Shown: in pieces, positions 25,823 to 32,000 of the stretch
Layout of the letters: each line of letters opens with the position of its first letter
Position numbering within the stretch: position 1 is the first letter of the stretch
Origin: Pseudomonadales bacterium
GTDB lineage: Bacteria; Pseudomonadota; Gammaproteobacteria; Pseudomonadales; Azotimanducaceae
Direction of reading: 5' to 3'
Assembly: GCA_041752315.1 (NCBI GenBank)
Contig: JBGSHJ010000015.1
Span: 1-32,000 of the forward strand
DNA: 32,000 bases
The notes under the pieces: model-generated
The model's input: only the letters and a program-made list of their open reading frames with translations
What the model was told of the DNA's origin: nothing
The model's database searches: none
Program-made: the position numbers and the translations under genes

Positions 25823-27004
25823 TCACCCCGGATAGTCAAGAACCCGTCGAATGACAAACGACTGTTCAGCTTCAGACATGCCCTGGAAAAGTGGCAGCGA
25901 GATGCTGCAGTGGTTGGCTGCATAGGCGTTGGGATAGTCGGTAGCCTTCAGGCCGTACTTTTCCCGGTAATAACCCAGCATGTGTACCGCATGGGTTGCA
26001 GGACGAGTCGACACACCGCTGTTTTGCAACTGGTCCATCCATTCATTGCGCTGCTGATTGATTCGCACCACAGACTCAGGCCGCACAGGCTCCGGCTGGA
26101 ACAGACAGGGGTAACTCTGGTAACCATGCTCCAGACCTTCCCTGTGCGCAGGCGTCTGCAGCCAGTTCAACCCCGCAAACGCCTCATCATAAATCCGCGC
26201 AAGGCGTTGCCGCTCTCGAACGATGTCATCTGCCCTGTCCATCTGGGCTGCACCGAGTGCTGCCTGGAAGTCGGTCATGCGCTGGTTGTAACCCGCATCA
26301 GGGTGATCGGCCAGCAGGTAAGGGCGTGCCCCCAGGTGACGCTGCAGGTCGGTTGTCGCCGCGCCATGATCCCGCAACCGACGGAGTTTTTCAGCGAGTG
26401 TGTCGTCGTGTGTCGTGATCATGCCGCCTTCACCGGTCGTGATGGCCTTGCGCGGATGAAAACTGAAACACCCGGCGTCGCTCATTGTGCCGGCATGGGC
26501 TCCGTGGTAACGACTGCCAAATCCGCAGGCCGCATCTTCAACCACCCACAGCCCATGCTTGCCGGCGATCTCATTGATTTCCCTCATTGGTGCAGCCAGA
26601 CCAAACAGGTGCACCGGGATGATGGCCCTGGTCCTGGCGCAAACCAGTTGCCTGATCTGCTCGACATCGATGTTGAAGGTGTTCAGGTCGATGTCACAGA
26701 AAACGACCTTGCCTCCGAGATGTTCCACCACGTTGGCGGTCGCGATCCAGGTAAAGGCCGGCACGATGACTTCATCACCGGGTTGCAGGCCCAGCGCCGC
26801 CAGCGACAGATGCAGTGCGGTGGTACAGGAGGTCACCGCAATGGAGTGCCTGGCCCCGGTGAATGCGCTCCATTTTTCCTCGAACTCCCGAACCGATGGG
26901 CCCTGCACCAGCCAGCCACTGCGCAGCGGACCGAGGACACTCTGGATTTCTGCTTCCGTCAGACTGGTGCGAGCGATCGGAACGTTCATCCCGGTATTTG
27001 TCAT
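25823..27004 (-). CDS. DegT/DnrJ/EryC1/StrS family PLP-dependent sugar aminotransferase
   Basis: The ORF contains LVQGPSVREFEEKWSAFTGARHSIAVTSCTTALHL...DEVIVPAFTW...SFHPRKAITTGEGG (PLP lysine). I place the start at the ATG at 27004, which overlaps the upstream stop in an ATGA. An ATG at 26989 is the alternative. Confidence 0.9.
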   Translation of the reverse strand: MTNTGMNVPIARTSLTEAEIQSVLGPLRSGWLVQGPSVREFEEKWSAFTGARHSIAVTSCTTALHLSLAALGLQPGDEVIVPAFTWIATANVVEHLGGKVVFCDIDLNTFNIDVEQIRQLVCARTRAIIPVHLFGLAAPMREINEIAGKHGLWVVEDAACGFGSRYHGAHAGTMSDAGCFSFHPRKAITTGEGGMITTHDDTLAEKLRRLRDHGAATTDLQRHLGARPYLLADHPDAGYNQRMTDFQAALGAAQMDRADDIVRERQRLARIYDEAFAGLNWLQTPAHREGLEHGYQSYPCLFQPEPVRPESVVRINQQRNEWMDQLQNSGVSTRPATHAVHMLGYYREKYGLKATDYPNAYAANHCSISLPLFQGMSEAEQSFVIRRVLDYPG

Positions 27005-28002
27005 GCCGGCAGACCGACCGCCTGGCGTCGCGCGGCCACCTCCGCCTTGTGCGTTGAACGCCACTCGATCAGCCGCTTGAGCCCCTCACGCAGATCCAGC
27101 GTTGCGTTGAAGCCGATCTCGGAACGAGCCTTTTTCGGGGACCCGACACGATTGCGGACCAGGGTTGCCTGGCTGCTGGGCGCATAGTTGATGGGTCGAT
27201 TACAACCGGTGATCTCCAGCAGGAGTTCGGCAAGTTCTTTCAGCGAGGTCCGTTTACCGGTACCGACGTTATAGTAACTGTCTGTGCTCGACGCCCGCAT
27301 GGCGCAGACGTTGGCCCGTCCACAGTCCTCGACAGCCACAAAATCGAACGCCTCGGATCCATCGCCCATGACGGTGGGACTCAATCCGTTGTCGATGGCA
27401 TCCAGCATCTTCATGACCACCGCAATGTACGCGCCATGATAGTCCTGGCGAGGACCATAGACGTTCATGTAACGCAGGCCAACGTAGTTCAATCCATACC
27501 GGTGGTGGAAGGCGCGCAACATGGCTTCACCGGCGATCTTGGTGGCCCCGTAGAAGTTCTTGTTGTTGAAGGGGTGATCCTCTTCCATCGGTTCGTGTAC
27601 GGCATCACCGTAGACCGAAGCCGATGAAGAGTAGACAAGCCTCTCCACCCCCTTGGCGACACAGGCTTCCATCACATTGAACGTACCTCGCACGTTGACA
27701 TCAAACGCGCTGCGGGGATATTCGTGGCATTGCAGCAACCAGAGGGCGGCAAAATGAAAAACACCGTGCGCACCTTCGCAGGCGGCCTGCAGGATATCGG
27801 TTTGCAGGATGTCTCCACCGACATCAAAGATCTTCACTCGAGGGTCCTTCAGCGCTTCCTGAAGATTTTCGCGGCTGCCACGCACCATGTTGTCGTAGAT
27901 GACGAGTTCCCTGACGTCTTCCTTGAGGAGTTGATCAGCGGTGTGCGAACCGATCAGGCCGGCCCCACCCACGAGCACGAGTTTTTTGCCTCCGAGGTCC
28001 AT
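27001..28002 (-). CDS. NAD-dependent epimerase/dehydratase (extended SDR acting on nucleotide sugars)
   Basis: The 333-aa ORF has GGAGLIGSH (Rossmann), YSSSASVYG and YGATKIAGE (the YxxxK catalytic motif). Confidence 0.9.
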   Translation of the reverse strand: MDLGGKKLVLVGGAGLIGSHTADQLLKEDVRELVIYDNMVRGSRENLQEALKDPRVKIFDVGGDILQTDILQAACEGAHGVFHFAALWLLQCHEYPRSAFDVNVRGTFNVMEACVAKGVERLVYSSSASVYGDAVHEPMEEDHPFNNKNFYGATKIAGEAMLRAFHHRYGLNYVGLRYMNVYGPRQDYHGAYIAVVMKMLDAIDNGLSPTVMGDGSEAFDFVAVEDCGRANVCAMRASSTDSYYNVGTGKRTSLKELAELLLEITGCNRPINYAPSSQATLVRNRVGSPKKARSEIGFNATLDLREGLKRLIEWRSTHKAEVAARRQAVGLPA

Positions 28003-28281
28003 CAGATGTTTCCTGGATTGGCCTTGCCAGCACGTTTTTCCAGGTAGTTCGGAAGGGGCTGACGGTCAACTGTCATGTTGACGGCGGGATTTGATTGCAA
28101 CTTGCGAAGGATAGCCCGAGCGACTTTCGCAAACCATAGACTGACTCGTGAACCCATGCGCATTCCTGCGAATCTTTTGCACACTCCCAGCGGCAGGGCA
28201 TCGGGCCAACAGAGGGGTGCGGTGTGGGAGTCCCGATAACCGTTACAACCACTTCGTCAATGTGCAGGTACCCGATGTAAC

Positions 28282-28710
28282 ATGCCGGTACACCAATCCA
28301 GACGAAGCAGCCACGTGTCCCAGTCTCTCGCCCAGATCTCCATCGTCGTCCGCGACTACGACGAAGCCATCGCTTTTTACGTCGGCACGCTGGGTTTCAC
28401 GCTGCTGGAAGACACTGCCTTTCCCGGTCAGGACAAACGGTGGGTGGTGGTGGTACCACCGGGCTCAGCAGGCTGCAGGCTGCTGCTGGCAAAGGCCGCC
28501 TCTGAGGCGCAGATGTCGCGTGTTGGCAATCAGACCGGCGGTCGGGTTTTTCTTTTCCTGCATACCGATGACTTCGAGCGTGACTACACAAGCTACAGGA
28601 ACAAGGGTGTGGTTTTTGTACGAGACCGCTCCGTGGAGCCTTTTGGTACCGTGGCCGTGTTCCAGGATCTCTATGGCAACCTGTGGGATCTGGTCCAGCC
28701 GGTCGCCTGA
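28282..28710 (+). CDS. VOC (glyoxalase/bleomycin-resistance) family protein
   Basis: The 142-aa ORF contains LAQISIVVRDYDEAIAFYVGTLGFTLLED...VFLFLHTDDFERDY...PFGTVAVFQDLYGNLWDLVQP. The start is uncertain; a GTG at 28315 is possible. Confidence 0.72.
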   Translation: MPVHQSRRSSHVSQSLAQISIVVRDYDEAIAFYVGTLGFTLLEDTAFPGQDKRWVVVVPPGSAGCRLLLAKAASEAQMSRVGNQTGGRVFLFLHTDDFERDYTSYRNKGVVFVRDRSVEPFGTVAVFQDLYGNLWDLVQPVA

Positions 28711-29087
28711 CCCGGATTTGACCGATCAAGCGTCCTTGAAACCGAAGCCGGACTCCGGCGAGCGACCGCCTGCAGTCGTATTTTCCGATCCGGTTGACCC
28801 GGCGCTACACAGTCAGGCCGGGGACATCCGCAGGAAAGCCAGGCCGCAGGCGTCGTGTGCCCGGAGTCTACCCAGAATATCGCCCCAAAAATGCAACGAT
28901 CGCTGAATCCCTCGCGCTCTGACCAACAGTGACCAACCGTACTCCAACACTGGCATGGTGAAGGAATCCTGCACTACCTATCTGTACTTCCTCAATGCCG
29001 TACCCGCAGAATAAGAGCGGAAGCGGGAGGGGTGGAACGGGCCGATGCGGATCGCCGCATTGTTGCACGCCTGATTTCAGGTCCCCA

Positions 29088-30626
29088 ATGGCATCAAAGG
29101 CACACGGGGACAAACAGGCAGTCATGCAAGAATCGGCGGCGACCGCGTTATGGTCGAATTTCCTTGGCCGGGCACCGGAATGGTACAAACGCACCATCCT
29201 CGCCTTTCTCATCCTCAATCCGATCTTCATGGTCGTCGCCGGACCCACGTTCACAGGCTGGCTTCTGGTCGCCGAATTCATCTTCACCCTGGCAATGGCT
29301 CTTCAATGTTACCCGCTGCAACCGGGTGGCCTGCTGACTCTGGAAGCGGTCGCCATCGGCATGACATCGACGGAAACAGTACGGAACGAAATCTTCAGCG
29401 CGTTCCCGGTGATCCTGCTGTTGATTTTCATGGTCGCCGGCATTTACTTCATGCGCGAACTGCTCCTGTTCGTGTTCACGAAGATCCTCCTCAATGTGCG
29501 ATCAAAATCGCTCCTGGCACTGATGTTCTGCAGTGTTGCCGCATTTCTCAGCGCTTTTCTGGACGCACTGACGGTGGTTGCCGTGATCATCAGTGTCTCC
29601 GCAGGTTTTTTCGCGGTTTACCACAAGGTGGCGTCCGGGAAAAATCATCGCGAACAGCATGCGCACGACAGTGACGACTCTGTGCACGACCATCACCGGC
29701 AAGACCTCGAGGAGTTCCGCGCGCTGCTGCGCAGCCTGCTGATGCACGCGGCTGTAGGTACCGCGCTCGGTGGTGTCTGTACGATGGTAGGCGAACCACA
29801 GAACCTGCTGATTGCCAGCAAACTGGGTTGGGACTTCAGCACCTTCTTCTTCAACATGGCCCCCGTCACCATGCCGGTGCTTGTCCTCGGGCTGGCAACC
29901 TGTTTTGTACTCGAAAAGGCAGGCTGGTTTGGCTACGGCGCGAGATTGTCCCCGTCGGTGCGCCATATCCTGCAGGACTTCGACCAGGAGCAGACCAGCC
30001 AACGCACACGCCGGGACACCCATCGCCTCGTCGTACAGGCCGTCGCCGCCCTGTTCCTGATCTTCGCTCTTGCCTTTCACATCGCCGAAGTCGGCCTGGT
30101 CGGGTTGACGATCATCGTTTTCCAGACCGCGTTCAATGGTGTTGTCGAAGAACATCAGATTGGACGCGCCTTCCAGGAAGCGCTCCCCTTTACGGCATTG
30201 CTTGTCGTCTTCTTTGGAATCGTCGGCGTGATTCACGACCAGCACCTGTTCGTTCCGCTGATCGACTGGGTGCTGGCACAGCCGCAGGACGTCCAGCCGT
30301 CCATGTTTTTCATCGCCAACGGGGTACTGTCGGCGATCAGTGACAACGTCTTTGTTGCCACGATCTACATCAACGAGGCGCTACGGGCGTTCGAAAGTGG
30401 TGCCATCACCCGGGAGCATCTGGACCTGCTGGCTGTGGCGATCAACACCGGTACCAACATACCAAGCGTCGCGACACCCAACGGCCAGGCAGCCTTCCTG
30501 TTTCTGCTCACCTCGTCGATCGCACCGCTGATCCGACTCAGTTACGTACGCATGGTGGTGATGGCATTGCCCTATACGATCGTCATGAGCCTGACCGGTT
30601 GGGTGTGTGTTCAGTATCTGCTCTAG
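29088..30626 (+). CDS. nhaB: Na+/H+ antiporter NhaB
   Basis: The ORF contains [15 protein letters not shown]...[27 protein letters not shown]...MVAGIYFM...[18 protein letters not shown], co-linear with E. coli NhaB as I recall it. I place the start at the ATG at 29088, which gives ~512 aa. The N-terminal extension in the ORF track (from 28995) is not NhaB-like. Confidence 0.9.
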   Translation: MASKAHGDKQAVMQESAATALWSNFLGRAPEWYKRTILAFLILNPIFMVVAGPTFTGWLLVAEFIFTLAMALQCYPLQPGGLLTLEAVAIGMTSTETVRNEIFSAFPVILLLIFMVAGIYFMRELLLFVFTKILLNVRSKSLLALMFCSVAAFLSAFLDALTVVAVIISVSAGFFAVYHKVASGKNHREQHAHDSDDSVHDHHRQDLEEFRALLRSLLMHAAVGTALGGVCTMVGEPQNLLIASKLGWDFSTFFFNMAPVTMPVLVLGLATCFVLEKAGWFGYGARLSPSVRHILQDFDQEQTSQRTRRDTHRLVVQAVAALFLIFALAFHIAEVGLVGLTIIVFQTAFNGVVEEHQIGRAFQEALPFTALLVVFFGIVGVIHDQHLFVPLIDWVLAQPQDVQPSMFFIANGVLSAISDNVFVATIYINEALRAFESGAITREHLDLLAVAINTGTNIPSVATPNGQAAFLFLLTSSIAPLIRLSYVRMVVMALPYTIVMSLTGWVCVQYLL

Positions 30627-30841
30627 CGTCGTTTTCAATTTGCCTTGAAACAGCCGACCGTGCTTGTGGCGGGCACGTGGAGAGTGCAAACAACCGCCGC
30701 GAGACTGGTCGCCTCTACCGTACAACCACCTGGTGACTGACATGGGACCGAACTCGCCGGTTTCGGGCAATGCTGGCTGGAAAGCCAGCTTGCGTAACGG
30801 GCCGGGCGTGACGCCGCAATACTGAACCGGAGGGGCAGAGG

Positions 30842-31684
30842 ATGCACATGAGTCGCAGAGCAGAAATTCGGAAGATGAGTGGTGGCTGTGGTGCTGAGGT
30901 GCTCGGCGTGGATCTCGCCAGACGATCGGATGTTGACATGACTACCATCCGGCAAGCGTTCATCGAACATGGTGTCGTGTTCTTTCGCGACCAGCACCTG
31001 ACTCCCGAAAACCACATCGCCCTCGCGCAGTGCTTCGGGCCGATCGACATCAACAGGTTTTTCCCTGCTGACGGCCGTTATCCGGAGATCGCCGAGGTGC
31101 GCAAGGAGACGAACCAGGTCCACAACATCGGGGGTGGCTGGCATACCGATCATTCCTACGATCAGATTCCGGCGATGGGTTCAATCCTGGTCGCACGTGA
31201 CCTGCCGGAAACCGGTGGCGATACACTGTTTGCAAACATGTATGCCGCCTGGGAAGGGCTCTCGGATGGGCTCAGACAGACGCTTGGCTCGATGCGCGCG
31301 GTGCATTCGTCCCGACACGTTTTTGGCAGCGCAGCGGCTTACAAACAAACCGACCTGAAGGCTGTGTTCGGGAATGAAGAGCAAGTCGGCGATGCCACCC
31401 ATCCGGTAGTCATCACCCATCCCGAGTCAGGGCGCAGGGCGTTGTATGTGAACCCCGGATTCACCGTGAAGTTCGAGGGTTGGACCCATGAAGAAAGCCG
31501 ACCGCTGCTTGAGTTCCTGTATCGCCATGCGGTCCGGCCCGAGTACACCTGTCGCTTCCGGTGGGCACCAGGATCGGTGGCATTCTGGGACAATCGCTGT
31601 ACCTGGCACTACGCGCTGAACGACTATCAAGGTCAACGCCGATTGCTGCACCGGATCACGATCGGCGGGGTGGCGGTCAGCTGA
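30842..31684 (+). CDS. TauD/TfdA family Fe(II)/2-oxoglutarate dioxygenase (taurine dioxygenase-like)
   Basis: The 280-aa ORF contains GVVFFRDQHLTPENHIALAQCFG...GGGWHTDHSY...TGGDTLFANMYAAWEGLS...WDNRCTWHYA, with the HxD...H facial triad in context. A GGAGGGG SD sequence lies upstream. Confidence 0.87.
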   Translation: MHMSRRAEIRKMSGGCGAEVLGVDLARRSDVDMTTIRQAFIEHGVVFFRDQHLTPENHIALAQCFGPIDINRFFPADGRYPEIAEVRKETNQVHNIGGGWHTDHSYDQIPAMGSILVARDLPETGGDTLFANMYAAWEGLSDGLRQTLGSMRAVHSSRHVFGSAAAYKQTDLKAVFGNEEQVGDATHPVVITHPESGRRALYVNPGFTVKFEGWTHEESRPLLEFLYRHAVRPEYTCRFRWAPGSVAFWDNRCTWHYALNDYQGQRRLLHRITIGGVAVS

Positions 31685-31864
31685 TTGTTTTCCAGGCGAT
31701 ATCAACCTGCGCTTCCTGAACTCCAGGAGTTGGTGATCGGGAGTTCGCGATCAGGAGATCGCTCGAACTTGTGACGATCGGCTGCATCGGCCGTGTCTCT
31801 TCCCGAAAAGACTGGACTGGCCCGTCTGACAACCATTCAAGGGCGATGCGATGGGAGAATTCTG

Positions 31865-32000
31865 ATGCACATCTTCATCACCGGCGCGTCAGGGTTTGTC
31901 GGTGGCGCCGCGACGCGTGCGCTGGTCGCTGCAGGACACCAGATCAGCGCCATGTCCCGGTCGGAACGATCCGATGCCATGATCCGAACGTTGGGAGCAC
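31865..32000 (+). CDS. NAD(P)-binding SDR/epimerase family protein, 5' fragment that continues past the window
   Basis: The fragment starts MHIFITGASGFVGGAATRALVAAGH, with a Rossmann TGxxGxxG motif. A GGGAG SD sequence lies ~8 nt upstream of the ATG. Confidence 0.7.
   Translation, partial: MHIFITGASGFVGGAATRALVAAGHQISAMSRSERSDAMIRTLGA

Noticed and set aside
25910-27187. Long antisense ORFs opposite well-supported genes: 425 aa (25910-27187), 311 aa (23437-24372), 272 aa (19130-19948), 251 aa (13525-14280) and 161 aa (15665-16150)
   Set aside because: They mirror genes with clear family motifs on the other strand, are Arg/Pro/Gly/His-rich as expected for shadow frames in GC-rich DNA, and have no recognisable domains.
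28002-28184. A 60-aa minus-strand ORF whose TGA overlaps the epimerase ATG (ATGA at 28000-28004), considered as a translationally coupled leader peptide
   Set aside because: It has no SD sequence, its composition is basic and low-complexity, and I recognise no family. The region more likely carries the cluster promoter. The ATGA overlap alone is weak evidence.

Overview
This window comes from a moderately GC-rich chromosome, probably gammaproteobacterial, because the Cas proteins closely resemble those I recall from Pseudomonas. The left third (1-10895, all minus strand) is a complete type I-F1 CRISPR-Cas locus. It reads cas1, cas2-3 fusion, csy1/cas8f, csy2/cas5f, csy3/cas7f, cas6f, an AT-rich leader, then a CRISPR array of at least 39 identical 28-nt repeats that runs off the left edge. 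About 900 bp separate cas1 from a divergent class D (OXA-type) beta-lactamase gene, and this stretch holds only two small ORFs I cannot assign. Next is a plus-strand set of four genes: OXA beta-lactamase, a lipocalin-like protein, an HD-GNAT fusion and a VOC protein. An acyl-CoA-dehydrogenase-fold flavoprotein follows. After it comes an ~11.7 kb minus-strand nucleotide-sugar modification and surface-glycan cluster. That cluster encodes an SDR epimerase/dehydratase, a DegT aminotransferase, an AsnB-like amidotransferase, a SAM methyltransferase, a formyltransferase, the WbuX/HisH/HisF acetamidino triad, a GT-B-like protein and a Wzx flippase. The right end looks like housekeeping: a VOC protein, NhaB, a TauD-family dioxygenase and the start of an SDR gene. 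I saw no transposase, integrase, tRNA or rRNA. I do not see a clear new multi-gene system. The best candidates for something undescribed are: (i) the small-ORF pair directly upstream of cas1, (ii) the translationally coupled lipocalin-like / HD-GNAT genes downstream of the OXA gene, (iii) the compact glycan cluster, which lacks a polymerase and an initiating transferase, and (iv) a hisH-like gene whose conserved N-terminus lies upstream of any canonical start codon. All family assignments rest on motif recognition by eye, not on database searches.
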